A program made the position numbers and the translations under genes. This document shows positions 55,096 to 64,000 of a DNA stretch of 64,000 bases, in pieces. How positions within the stretch are numbered: the stretch's first letter is position 1; each line of letters opens with the position of its first letter. Origin of the DNA: Alphaproteobacteria bacterium (GTDB lineage Bacteria; Pseudomonadota; Alphaproteobacteria; Rhizobiales; JAJFHC01); the NCBI GenBank assembly GCA_021775805.1, contig JAJFHD010000017.1, forward strand, positions 3,142-67,141, read 5' to 3'. The notes beneath the pieces were generated by a model. It did no database searches, was not told where the DNA came from, and was given only the letters and a program-made list of their open reading frames with translations.

Positions 55096-55806
55096 ATGAG
55101 TCTGGCGGGCGAAGCAATTGTGGCCATCTGGCACGACATCATGGATGAAGGCCGCGACGAGTTTTACTGGTGGCATGTCCATGAACATATCCCCGAACGC
55201 GTAAGCGTTCCCGGGTTCCTGCGCGGCAGGCGCTACATAGCCGAAGACGGCGCTCCTGAATTTTTTACGCTCTATGAAGCTGAGACCATTGAGACGCTGG
55301 GAGGGCGGGACTACCTGGATCGGCTCAATGATCCTACTGAGTGGACCACCAAGACGGTGAAATATTTCACCAACGTCGCCCGATCCCTGCAGCGGGTCCA
55401 TTATAGCAAGGGGCCCGGCATAGGCGGGCATCTGTTGAGCTATTTCTTCGAAATCGACGGGGATGTGATGTCTGCCGGGGATTTCGTCCAACGCATGATC
55501 GACCAGGCGCTCGACCCGATTGCGGCTGAATACGGCATATGCGGCGTTCATTTGGGTGAAACGGACCACAGTATTTCCGACACACCGACTACGGAACGCA
55601 AACGCCGCAGTGGTGGCACCGACATGCCCGGCTGGTCGCTGTTGATCGAGGCCGCGCGACGGGACGACCTCGACCGGGTGCGCAACGCCTATCTTGGCGG
55701 AGACACACTCCGGCAACTCGGCTTGCTGGGCGAACCCGGTTACGGCCTGTACCGATTGGAATACGTGCGCACCAAGCCTAGAGCATTGAGCGAAGGCGAT
55801 GGCTGA
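55096..55806 (+). CDS. hypothetical protein, last-but-one gene of the IclR/ABC operon
   Basis: 236-aa ORF with good GC3. Two similar halves with W..H.PE...PGF pattern suggest a duplicated small alpha/beta (EthD/Dabb-like) fold; this is unverified. Confidence 0.6.
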   Translation: MSLAGEAIVAIWHDIMDEGRDEFYWWHVHEHIPERVSVPGFLRGRRYIAEDGAPEFFTLYEAETIETLGGRDYLDRLNDPTEWTTKTVKYFTNVARSLQRVHYSKGPGIGGHLLSYFFEIDGDVMSAGDFVQRMIDQALDPIAAEYGICGVHLGETDHSISDTPTTERKRRSGGTDMPGWSLLIEAARRDDLDRVRNAYLGGDTLRQLGLLGEPGYGLYRLEYVRTKPRALSEGDG

Positions 55807-55867
55807 GGTTGGGGCGACCATGAGTAGACAGTTTCTTGTCATAGTCGAATCTGGAAGGGGAATTTAG

Positions 55868-56722
55868 GTGAAATTCTTGAGAGTTGGACCAGCAGGGAAT
55901 GAAACCCCTGCCTGCATGCTGGCAAGTGGCCAAATATATGACATCTCCTCGCTGGTCGATGACATATCGCCGGAGACCATTGCCGACGGCTCCTTAGCCA
56001 GCCTCGATGATACTGCCATTCGAGCCTGCCCGGAGGTCGCGGGGAACCTGCGCACGGGGCCTTGCCTTAAACGTACCGGCAACTTTGTCGCCATCGGACT
56101 CAATTATGTCCAGCATGCGCTTGAAACCAATGCGCCGATTCCCGAAGAACCGATCCTTTTCAACAAGGCACCGTCTTGCCTGTCCGGCCCCAATGACCCG
56201 GTTATGCTACCAAGGGAGTCGTCCAAGGCCGACTGGGAAGTGGAGCTTGCTCTCGTGATCGGCAAACGCACGTCTTACGTCAGCGAAGCAGACGCGCTCG
56301 ACGCCGTATTTGGATACACCATCTGCAACGATGTTTCGGAGCGGGCGTTTCAGCTTGAACGCGGCGGGCAATGGATGAAGGGCAAGTGCTGCGAAACGTT
56401 CGGTCCGCTTGGCCCCTGGCTGGTGACCGGCGACGATGTGGGCGATCCGCAGAAATTACGCCTCTGGCTCGACCTCAACGGTGAGCGGTTGCAGGACAGC
56501 AATACCGATGACATGATTTTTTCGGTGGCGAAGATCGTCTCCTACGTCAGTCAGTTTCTGGTGCTGGAACCCGGCGATGTTATCACCACCGGCACGCCTC
56601 AGGGTGTCGGTCTGGGCATGTCACCGGAGCGGTTTCTCAAACCCGGTGACGAAATGCGACTCGGCATCGACAAGCTTGGCGAACAGACACAATCCGTCGT
56701 CGCCTTTCAGGACCGGGGCTGA
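55868..56722 (+). CDS. fumarylacetoacetate hydrolase (FAH) family protein
   Basis: GTG start with a purine-rich RBS. FAH C-terminal domain motifs (DWEVELALVIGK, GDVITTGTPQGVG). Confidence 0.88.
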   Translation: MKFLRVGPAGNETPACMLASGQIYDISSLVDDISPETIADGSLASLDDTAIRACPEVAGNLRTGPCLKRTGNFVAIGLNYVQHALETNAPIPEEPILFNKAPSCLSGPNDPVMLPRESSKADWEVELALVIGKRTSYVSEADALDAVFGYTICNDVSERAFQLERGGQWMKGKCCETFGPLGPWLVTGDDVGDPQKLRLWLDLNGERLQDSNTDDMIFSVAKIVSYVSQFLVLEPGDVITTGTPQGVGLGMSPERFLKPGDEMRLGIDKLGEQTQSVVAFQDRG

Positions 56723-56799
56723 AGACGTGGCGACATGGGCGCATCTGTACCGTTAGAGGTTTGAGCTACAGGCTTGACTCTCGGTTGCTGAAAAAGATA

Positions 56800-56814
56800 G
56801 AACAAATAGTGAAC
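56800..56814 (+). promoter_or_regulatory. alphaproteobacterial LexA (SOS) box GAAC-N7-GAAC
   Basis: GAACAAATAGTGAAC, followed by a third GAAC 4 nt later. Upstream of imuA. Confidence 0.75.
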
Positions 56815-56867
56815 ATTTGAACGGCAATCCCTGGAACGCTCAATGACGGCTTACCTCGACACTCCCC

Positions 56868-56954
56868 GTCACCCCGGCGCAAGCCGGGGTCCAGGGGGCC
56901 TTGCCGCAGAAACAGCGGATCGGCCTTTGGATTCCAGCTTTCGCCGGAATGACG
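56868..56954. repeat. bipartite palindromic element, copy 2 (between the SOS box and the likely imuA start)
   Basis: Left module GTCACCCCGGCGCAAGCCGGGGTCCAGGG; right module is the reverse complement of GTCATTCCGGCGAAAGCTGGAATCCAAAGG. Confidence 0.7.
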
Positions 56955-57004
56955 GTGTGGCGGCGTTGCCGGTCAGGGATGAGACAGAATCAACGCCTCT
57001 TCAG

Positions 57005-57871
57005 ATGGGCGACCGGCAACAGGTGCTGGCGGCGCTGAAGGCGCAGGTGATGAAAATGGAGCAGCAGACGCCCCGGCTCGGCGACGGCGATGCTGTTCTC
57101 GAGGAAAAGACCGGCTGGCGGTTCGGGCTCGATGAGATCGACGCCCGTCTGCCCGATGGTTCAAATGGCGGCGGTCTGGCCACCGATGCGCTCCACGAAG
57201 TTTGCGGCATGGGGCCCGGCGACACCGGGGCTGCCACTGGTTTTGCACTTGCCCTGCTCAAGCAGTTGTCCGCCGGCGACACGGAACCGGACACAAAAAG
57301 GGCACGACCGGTTCTGTGGTGCCAGAACACATCGGCACGGCGCGAATACGGGCCGGTCTACAGTCACGGACTGCGCAGCTTTGGCCTCGATCCCGGACGG
57401 TTTGTCTTTGTCGACGTGCGCCGCGACACCGATCTGTTATGGGCCATGGAGGAAGGAATGCGCACCGGATGCCTTGGGGCGGTGGTCGGTGAAGTCGACG
57501 ATGCGACCTTTACCCAGACCCGGCGCCTGGGCCTGATGGCCGGCAATGGCTGCACACCGGCCTTGCTGATGCGCCCTCATAACAACCTGGCCGCAACCGC
57601 TGCCCACACCCGCTGGCGGGTTTCCGCCGCTGTCGGGGCACCCGATGTTTTCGACACAAGGGCACCGGGCGCCTTTCGCTGGCAGGTGGAACTGGCCCGC
57701 TGCCGGGGCGGACGGCCGGGGTCATGGCAAATCGACTGGATAAATCATTTGAACGGGGAGCGATCTGATGAGACGTATCGTTTCCGTATGGCTGCCGCAA
57801 CTGCCGATCGACCGGCGCAACCGCGCGATCGCCGCGCGCCGCACGCAAGCACCCTTGCCGCCACAGGGTAA
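57005..57871 (+). CDS. imuA: ImuA (SOS mutagenesis cassette, RecA/SulA-like)
   Basis: FGLDEIDARLP..GGLATDALHEV..PVLWCQ..LWAMEEGMRTGCLGAVVGEV and C-terminal RCRGGRPGSW motifs. ATG at 57005 preferred, because the 56843 extension translates the repeat element. Confidence 0.8.
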   Translation: MGDRQQVLAALKAQVMKMEQQTPRLGDGDAVLEEKTGWRFGLDEIDARLPDGSNGGGLATDALHEVCGMGPGDTGAATGFALALLKQLSAGDTEPDTKRARPVLWCQNTSARREYGPVYSHGLRSFGLDPGRFVFVDVRRDTDLLWAMEEGMRTGCLGAVVGEVDDATFTQTRRLGLMAGNGCTPALLMRPHNNLAATAAHTRWRVSAAVGAPDVFDTRAPGAFRWQVELARCRGGRPGSWQIDWINHLNGERSDETYRFRMAAATADRPAQPRDRRAPHASTLAATG

Positions 57872-59405
57872 GCCTTCGGACAAGACACAAGACAAGCCGG
57901 CGCCGTTTGCTTTCACCACCAAGAACGCACGCGGCATCGCGATCATGATGGCCGACGCGCACGCCCGCACCGGCGGCGTGCAGGACGGCATGGCGCTGGC
58001 CAATGCGCGCGCCATCCTGCCCACCCTGGAGACCCAGCCGGCGGAACCGGACAAGGACGCCCGGACCTTGCATGCGCTGGCCAACTGGTGCGTACGCTAC
58101 ACACCCTGGACCAATGTGGACACCGGCGATGATCCGGACCGCCATGACGGCCTGTGGCTCGATATCACCGGAGCCGCTCATCTTGTGGGCGGCGAAGAGG
58201 CGCTGCTACGAGACCTGGGAGACCGGCTGGATACGATGGGTTTTGAAAACCGCCTGGGTCTTGCCGAAACACCCGGTGCTGCCTGGGCGATCGCCCGGTT
58301 TTCGCGTGCAAGCCCCGCGGCCTGGCAGAACCGGATCATCGCGCCGGGTGAGGTTGCCGATACCCTGTCGCCCCTGCCCGTCGAAGCCCTGCGGCTTGAA
58401 CCCCAGGCCAGTGCGCTGCTCAACCGGCTTGGCCTTAAAACCATCGGCCAGCTGACCGGCCTGCCGCGGCCCAGCGTCGCCCGCCGTTTTCCGTCCCGGC
58501 AGACGGGCGACGCCGTGCTGACCCGCCTCGATCAGGCGCTGGGCGACCATGCGGAACCGGTGTCGCCCCTGACCCCTGCCCCCGCTTACCGGTCGCGGGC
58601 GCGGTTTGCCGAACCGATCCTGGCCACGGAAAGCTTTGAGGCGACGCTTGACCGCCTGCTGGACGACCTGAAGACATTGCTTGAAAAAGACGGTGTCGGT
58701 GCGCGCCGCCTCACCTATGCCGCCTACCGCACCGATGGCGGGGTTTCGCCTGTGTCCATCGGCATGGCCCGGCCGACCCGCAACCCGGAACACCTGAAAA
58801 AGCTGTTTGCCGGCAAGCTTGAGACCATCGATCCGGGATATGGCGTCGACATGGTGATCCTCAATGCCGATATCGCCGAACCACTTGACGATGCGCAAGC
58901 CGGATTTGCCGGCGCGGACGCCGCCCCTCAGGACGGGCCCGCTTTCGATGAACTGATCGACCGGCTTTCGAACCGGCTGGGCACGGGTGCGGTACGCCGC
59001 ACGATGCCGCGCGAGAGCCATATCCCCGAGCGCGCCGAACAGTCCGTGCCCGCCGGTACGCCGGCTGAAAAGTCGCCTGCGTCGTGGTCGCAGGTCGGGC
59101 TGCCGGCACGGCCCCTGCGGTTGCTCGAGCGTCCCGAGCCGATCGACGCGGTGGCCGAAATCCCCGACGGCCCGCCCATGATGTTCCGCTGGCGCCGTGT
59201 ACTGAGGCGGGTGGTCCATGCCCAGGGGCCGGAACGGATCTTCCCCGAATGGTGGCACGACCTGGGCGAGCGCGAACAGGTGCGCGACTATTACGACGTG
59301 GAGGATGCGCAAGGGCATCGCTACTGGATTTTTCGCGAGGGGCTCTACCAGGACCCCGGCGCCAAGGGCCCGCCCGTCTGGCGTCTGCACGGGTTGTTCG
59401 CATGA
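57768..59405 (+). CDS. imuB: ImuB (Y-family polymerase-like, catalytically inactive type)
   Basis: MRRIVSVWLPQLPIDR N-terminus typical of ImuB. Positioned between imuA and dnaE2. Confidence 0.85.
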   Translation: MRRIVSVWLPQLPIDRRNRAIAARRTQAPLPPQGKPSDKTQDKPAPFAFTTKNARGIAIMMADAHARTGGVQDGMALANARAILPTLETQPAEPDKDARTLHALANWCVRYTPWTNVDTGDDPDRHDGLWLDITGAAHLVGGEEALLRDLGDRLDTMGFENRLGLAETPGAAWAIARFSRASPAAWQNRIIAPGEVADTLSPLPVEALRLEPQASALLNRLGLKTIGQLTGLPRPSVARRFPSRQTGDAVLTRLDQALGDHAEPVSPLTPAPAYRSRARFAEPILATESFEATLDRLLDDLKTLLEKDGVGARRLTYAAYRTDGGVSPVSIGMARPTRNPEHLKKLFAGKLETIDPGYGVDMVILNADIAEPLDDAQAGFAGADAAPQDGPAFDELIDRLSNRLGTGAVRRTMPRESHIPERAEQSVPAGTPAEKSPASWSQVGLPARPLRLLERPEPIDAVAEIPDGPPMMFRWRRVLRRVVHAQGPERIFPEWWHDLGEREQVRDYYDVEDAQGHRYWIFREGLYQDPGAKGPPVWRLHGLFA

Positions 59406-59428
59406 AAGGCCAAAGTCCATTCCTCTTC

Positions 59429-59539
59429 GTCATCTTTGCCGGAGCGCGAGCGAAGGCGAAGATCCATTCGCGGCTGCCACAGTTCGCAGCAGATGCCAAT
59501 GGATTCTCGCCCTCGCTGAAGGCTCGGGCAAGAATGACG
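59429..59539. repeat. bipartite palindromic element, copy 3 (imuB-dnaE2 spacer)
   Basis: Left arm GTCATCTTTGCCGGAGCGCGAGCGAAGGCGAAGATCCATT; right arm is the reverse complement of GTCATTCTTGCCCGAGCCTTCAGCGAGGGCGAGAATCCATT. Confidence 0.7.
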
Positions 59540-59574
59540 CAGTGGAGAGATATCTGTGATCAGGCGGCATTGCG

Positions 59575-62500
59575 ATGACCGGGTATGCCGAGCTGCAGGT
59601 CTCGACCAATTTCAGCTTCCTGCGCGGCGGGTCGCATCCCGATGAGCTTGTCGCGACGGCAAAAGCAGAAGGCCTTGCCGCGATTGCGGTGACCGACCGC
59701 AACACGCTTGCCGGCGTCGTGCGCGCTCATGTGGCGGCCAAGGCTGAGGGCATCCGCCTCATTGTCGGCTGCCGGCTCGATTTGCAGGACGGCCTGAGCC
59801 TGCTGTGTTATCCCAGCGACCGGGCCGCCTACGGACGGCTCTGCCAACTCCTGACCCTGGGCAAACGACGGGCGGAGAAAGGCGATTGCATTCTCCATCT
59901 GGCCGATGTGCTGGACCATGCTCAAGGCCAGATTTTCATGGCCCTCGCGCCGGATACGCCCGATGCTGAATTTGAAAAAAGCCTGCAAAGCCTGAACCAG
60001 ATCCTTGCCGGATCGCTCTACCTGGCCATCCACTGCCTTCACAACGGCCACGACCGCCGTCGCATCGCGCTTCTGGCAGCCATGGGCGACCGTACCCGGG
60101 TGCCCCTGATTGCCACCAATGACATCCACTATCACGTGCCCGCACGCCGGCCGCTTCAGGATGTGCTGACCTGCATCCGGGAGAAATGCCGGATCGACGA
60201 GGCCGGCTACCGGCTGCACAAGAATGCCGAGCGCCACATCAAGCCGCCGGAAGAAATGATGCGCCTCTTCAAGGAATTTGAAGACTCAGTCGACCGCACC
60301 ATGGAGATTGCCGACCGGTGCCGCTTCAACCTCGACGAGTTGCGCTACGAGTATCCCACCGAACCGGTGCCGGCCGGCAAAACCCCGCTGGCCCATCTGG
60401 AAGAGCTGACCTGGGCGGGCGTTGAGTGGCGGTTTCCGGACGGCATACCGCCCAAGGTGAAGGGCGATCTGGAACGCGAACTCGCCCTCATCGCCACACT
60501 CGATTACGCGCCCTATTTCCTGACCGTCCACGACATCGTGCGTTATGCCCGCAGCCTTGAGCCGCCGATCCTGTGCCAGGGCCGGGGGTCGGCTGCAAAC
60601 TCGGTGGTGTGCTACTGCCTGGGTGTGACGGCCGTCGACCCGACGTCGGTCGATCTGCTGTTCGAGCGATTCGTGTCCGAGGCCCGCAACGAGCCGCCCG
60701 ACATCGACGTGGATTTCGAGCACGAACGGCGTGAGGAAGTCATACAATATATCTATGACCGCTACGGCCGTGACCGGGCGGGCATTGCCGCCACCGTCAT
60801 CACCTATCGCGGACGCAGCGCCATCCGCGAAGTGGGCAAGGCGATGGGGCTGACCGAGGACGCCACCGCCGCCCTTGCCGGCACCATGTGGGGATCGGGC
60901 AGTGGCGGCGACATGATCGAGGAGCGCATCCGGGAAGCCGGCCTCGACCCGCAGGACCCCTACCTCATGCGGGTTCTGGCGCTGACCGAGGAGCTGGTCG
61001 GATTTCCCCGCCACCTGTCCCAGCATGTGGGCGGGTTCGTGCTGACCGAGGGCCCCTTATGCGAAACCGTTCCGATCGGCAATGCCGCGATGGACGACCG
61101 CACCTTCATCGAATGGGACAAGGACGACATCAACGCGCTCGGCATTCTCAAGGTGGATGTGCTGGCGCTGGGCATGCTGACCTGCATCCGCAAGTGTTTC
61201 GAACTGCTCAAGCAGCATTACGGCGTCGACCATGACCTTGCCAGCATTCCGCGCGATGACCGCCAAACCTACCAGATGATCTGCGAGGCGGACACGATCG
61301 GTGTCTTCCAGATCGAAAGCCGCGCCCAGATGAGCATGCTGCCCCGTCTCAAGCCCCGGGAGTTCTACGACCTGGTGATCGAGATCGCGATCGTGCGGCC
61401 GGGGCCGATCCAGGGCAACATGGTTCACCCCTACCTGAGACGCCGCAACCAGGAAGAGCCGACCGTCATCCCCTCGCCGTCTCCCGAACACGGGCCGGCC
61501 GACGAACTCACTGCCGTGCTCCTGAAAACCCTCGGTGTGCCGCTGTTCCAGGAACAGGCCATGCGGCTTGCCATGGTGGCCGCCAACTTTACCGACCATG
61601 AACTCAACGAATTGCGCCACGCCATGGCGACCTTCCGCCGGCGCGGCAAGATCCACCTGTTCGAGGAAAAGATGGTCACCCGCATGGTCGCGCGCGGCTA
61701 TGACGAGGAATTTGCCAAGCGCTGTTTCGACCAGATCAAGGGGTTCGGCGAATACGGCTTTCCCGAAAGCCACTCGGCGAGCTTTGCCCATCTGGCCTAT
61801 GTCTCGGCCTGGCTCAAATGCCACCATCCGGATGTCTTTGCCTGCGGCTTGCTGAACTCCCAGCCGATGGGGTTTTACGCGGCAGCCCAGATCGTGCGCG
61901 ATGTGCGCGAGCACGGCGTCAAGGTGCTGCCCGTCGACATCAATTTCAGCGACCGGGACAACACGCTCGAAGCCACGCCGCGCGGCCGTTTCGCCCTTCG
62001 TTTAGGACTCCGGCAGGTCGACGGCGTCGGCGAGGCCCCGGCCCGGGCCATCGTCGATGCCCGGATCAGGCGTTACGGGGATATCGAGGAAGTGCAGGCG
62101 CGGTCCGGTGTTTCGGTCGCGATCCTGGAAAAGCTCGCCGACGGGGACGCCTTCCGGTCGGCCGGTCTCGACCGGCGTCAGGCCCTGTGGAATGTCCGCG
62201 CGCTGACCCGCAGCGCCGGCCTGCCGCTTTTCGACCATGCGCAGACCCGTGACCAGGGTCCCGACCCCGACGTTGACCTGCCCGACATGAGCCTGCCCGA
62301 ACATGTGGTCGCCGACTACCAGACTCTCAGGCTTTCGCTCAAAGCCCATCCGATGGAATTCCTGCGCGCCCGTTTCAGTGCAGAAGGTGCGGTAACTGCC
62401 CAGAGCCTGCGCACGATGAAAGATGGCGCGCGGGTGAAAATCGCCGGCCTTGTGCTGGTGCGCCAGCGCCCGGGCACGGCCAAGGGTGTCATCTTCATGA

Positions 62501-62808
62501 CCATTGAGGACGAGACCGGTGTCGCCAATGCGGTGATCTGGTCCAAGACCTTCGAGGCCTACCGCAAGATCGTCATGGCAAGCCGGCTGGTGCTTTTACG
62601 CGGGCGCATCCAGTCCCATGAGAAGGTCATCCATGTGGTGGTCGACCGGCTGGAAAATCACAATGACCGGCTCTACCGCCTTTCCGAACACCATCTCGAC
62701 CCACCCGTAGCGCCAACCGGCGAAGTGGCCAAACCGCGGCCTGAAACCGTCCTGCGCCGTCACCCGCGCAATGTGCAGATCATGCCGAAATCACGGGATT
62801 TTCATTGA
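59575..62808 (+). CDS. dnaE2: error-prone DNA polymerase DnaE2 (ImuC)
   Basis: 1077 aa. PHP domain start (YAELQVSTNFSFLRGGSHP), pol III alpha core and a C-terminal OB fold. Third gene of the imu cassette. Confidence 0.92.
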   Translation: MTGYAELQVSTNFSFLRGGSHPDELVATAKAEGLAAIAVTDRNTLAGVVRAHVAAKAEGIRLIVGCRLDLQDGLSLLCYPSDRAAYGRLCQLLTLGKRRAEKGDCILHLADVLDHAQGQIFMALAPDTPDAEFEKSLQSLNQILAGSLYLAIHCLHNGHDRRRIALLAAMGDRTRVPLIATNDIHYHVPARRPLQDVLTCIREKCRIDEAGYRLHKNAERHIKPPEEMMRLFKEFEDSVDRTMEIADRCRFNLDELRYEYPTEPVPAGKTPLAHLEELTWAGVEWRFPDGIPPKVKGDLERELALIATLDYAPYFLTVHDIVRYARSLEPPILCQGRGSAANSVVCYCLGVTAVDPTSVDLLFERFVSEARNEPPDIDVDFEHERREEVIQYIYDRYGRDRAGIAATVITYRGRSAIREVGKAMGLTEDATAALAGTMWGSGSGGDMIEERIREAGLDPQDPYLMRVLALTEELVGFPRHLSQHVGGFVLTEGPLCETVPIGNAAMDDRTFIEWDKDDINALGILKVDVLALGMLTCIRKCFELLKQHYGVDHDLASIPRDDRQTYQMICEADTIGVFQIESRAQMSMLPRLKPREFYDLVIEIAIVRPGPIQGNMVHPYLRRRNQEEPTVIPSPSPEHGPADELTAVLLKTLGVPLFQEQAMRLAMVAANFTDHELNELRHAMATFRRRGKIHLFEEKMVTRMVARGYDEEFAKRCFDQIKGFGEYGFPESHSASFAHLAYVSAWLKCHHPDVFACGLLNSQPMGFYAAAQIVRDVREHGVKVLPVDINFSDRDNTLEATPRGRFALRLGLRQVDGVGEAPARAIVDARIRRYGDIEEVQARSGVSVAILEKLADGDAFRSAGLDRRQALWNVRALTRSAGLPLFDHAQTRDQGPDPDVDLPDMSLPEHVVADYQTLRLSLKAHPMEFLRARFSAEGAVTAQSLRTMKDGARVKIAGLVLVRQRPGTAKGVIFMTIEDETGVANAVIWSKTFEAYRKIVMASRLVLLRGRIQSHEKVIHVVVDRLENHNDRLYRLSEHHLDPPVAPTGEVAKPRPETVLRRHPRNVQIMPKSRDFH

Positions 62809-62849
62809 TCCGATGAGGCCGTAAGATGGGCAGCACAAAGGATCAAACC

Positions 62850-63728
62850 ATGAAAACTCTCGCAACTGCCCTGCTCATGATTTGCGTGACATCACTGCCC
62901 GTCTCCGCAGATGACGCAGGCCCACCGATCGGCGACGCAATCAAGTCCGTGCCGATATTCGACGCGCATGTCCATTACAAGGAACCGGCCTGGAGTCCCT
63001 ATCCGGTTGAGACCGTCATCGGGCTGATGGACAAGTCGGGGGTCGCCATGGCGCTGGTTTCCTCCACTCCCGACGACGGCACGATCATGCTGTGGGAGCA
63101 CGCGCCCGGCCGGATCGTGCCCGAACTGCGCCCCTATCACGGCGCGGCCGGTTCCTCCAACTGGGCCCAGTTCCCCGGCATGTACGACTACCTCAAGCAA
63201 AGGCTCGACAAATACCCTCATGAGGGCATCGGTGAGTTTCACATCCATTCGATTGACCCGAACGACCGGCCCCTTCTGACACAGGTGGCAAAGCTTGCCG
63301 TGGAGCGTCAAATTATCATTCACGTTCATTCAGGTGCCGCCCCCGTTAAGCTGCTCTATGACCTGGAACCGGGCCTGACGATCATCTGGGCTCATGCCGG
63401 CATGAGCGAGCCGCCCAGCGTGGTCGGGCCGATGCTCGACAGCTATCCGACACTGCACGCCGACATGTCATACCGGGAGGGCGACATTCTCCGTGGCAAT
63501 CCGATCGATCCGGCATGGCGGGCGCTGATCCTGAAACACGCTGACCGCCTGATGGTCGGCACCGACACGTGGGTCAACGGGCAGTGGGACAACTATCAAG
63601 GCCTGATTGCGGAAAACCGGGAGTGGCTCAGCCATTTTCCACGAGAGGTGGCCGAGCAGATCGCCTTCCGGAATGCGGAGCGGTTGTTCAAGCGCAAGAT
63701 CTCGATGGACCTAATCGGGACGAAGTGA
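62850..63728 (+). CDS. secreted amidohydrolase-2 (TIM-barrel metal hydrolase) family protein
   Basis: Signal peptide MKTLATALLMICVTSLPVSA. Metal motifs FDAHVHY, IIHVHSG, WAHAGM, VGTDTW. The start could also be 62826. Confidence 0.75.
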   Translation: MKTLATALLMICVTSLPVSADDAGPPIGDAIKSVPIFDAHVHYKEPAWSPYPVETVIGLMDKSGVAMALVSSTPDDGTIMLWEHAPGRIVPELRPYHGAAGSSNWAQFPGMYDYLKQRLDKYPHEGIGEFHIHSIDPNDRPLLTQVAKLAVERQIIIHVHSGAAPVKLLYDLEPGLTIIWAHAGMSEPPSVVGPMLDSYPTLHADMSYREGDILRGNPIDPAWRALILKHADRLMVGTDTWVNGQWDNYQGLIAENREWLSHFPREVAEQIAFRNAERLFKRKISMDLIGTK

Positions 63729-63764
63729 GGCGGGGGACCCACGCCGCCCCAATAAACGTCCACC

Positions 63765-63813
63765 GTTTCCCGTACGCGGTGCGGCACGCCAGTGATGCGT
63801 TGCAGACACGGAT
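63765..63813. repeat. REP-like imperfect palindromic element, copy 3
   Basis: GTTTCCCGTACGCGGTGCGGCACGCCAGTGATGCGTTGCAGACACGGATCG lies between convergent genes. Confidence 0.75.
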
Positions 63814-63822
63814 CGTTGAACA

Positions 63823-63999
63823 TCAAACGTCGGTGTCTGGTACGGTCCCTGTGTGTTGATTGTGTGCAGTATTGGGGTGGGTGGAAATGAGCCGGGATGC
63901 CTCGCGGCGAAACGCTTTGGCCTTGTCCAGAATCCAATCCATAAAGTCTTGCTGCAGCCGGGTAAATTTCTTACCCCGAACCCAAACAAGCCGGTACTC
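63823..63999 (-). CDS. 3' end of a gene continuing beyond the window (possibly the C-terminus of a LysR/GcvA-type regulator)
   Basis: The minus-strand frame is open from base 63999 and reads EYRLVWVRGKKFTRLQQDFMDWILDKAKAFRREASRLIS..* with the stop at 63823..63825. The family guess is weak. Confidence 0.35.
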   Translation of the reverse strand, partial: EYRLVWVRGKKFTRLQQDFMDWILDKAKAFRREASRLISTHPNTAHNQHTGTVPDTDV

Positions 64000-64000
64000 G

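Noticed and set aside
56843-57004. N-terminal 54-codon extension of imuA
   Set aside because: It translates the bipartite palindromic repeat (HPGASRGPGG..SSFRRNDG). ImuA-like sequence starts only after the ATG at 57005.
58206-59420. 404-aa ORF antisense to imuB
   Set aside because: Shadow ORF. imuB is supported by its N-terminal motif and its position in the cassette.

Overview
High-GC chromosomal segment that looks alphaproteobacterial. Supporting signs are a GAAC-N7-GAAC SOS box in front of an imuA-imuB-dnaE2 cassette, TRAP and sitABCD-type transporters, and an iorAB-marR unit. Most of the window is ordinary metabolism and transport: amidase, enolase-superfamily enzyme, homocysteine S-methyltransferase, threonine aldolase, ureohydrolase, aquaporin, and an IclR-controlled ABC uptake operon with an FAH-family hydrolase. 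Two patches have visibly lower G+C (about 9.66-13.7 kb and about 38.4-44.5 kb). There are IS remnants (an IS66 C-terminus at about 30.8 kb and an IS30 C-terminus at about 44.4 kb), several decayed genes, and at least two families of palindromic intergenic repeats. The items most worth follow-up are: (1) a stand-alone 888-aa protein with an N-terminal TIR domain, one predicted TM helix and nine exact-period 48-aa TPR-like repeats, lying between a repeat-rich 724-bp spacer and an IS66 remnant; (2) a GTPase-less EF-G-like ORF (domains III-V only) inside the first low-GC patch, next to a sulfotransferase, a tiny charged protein and an alpha/beta hydrolase; (3) two single-chain triple-RidA (YjgF/L-PSP) proteins; (4) a secreted Gly/Arg/His/Tyr-rich low-complexity peptide; (5) conserved operator-like sequences, namely a perfect FNR/FixK box inside a 44-nt palindrome and a shared 38-nt LysR-type box at two promoters. 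No rRNA, tRNA or CRISPR array was seen. All family assignments rest on motif recognition by eye and need HMM or BLAST confirmation.
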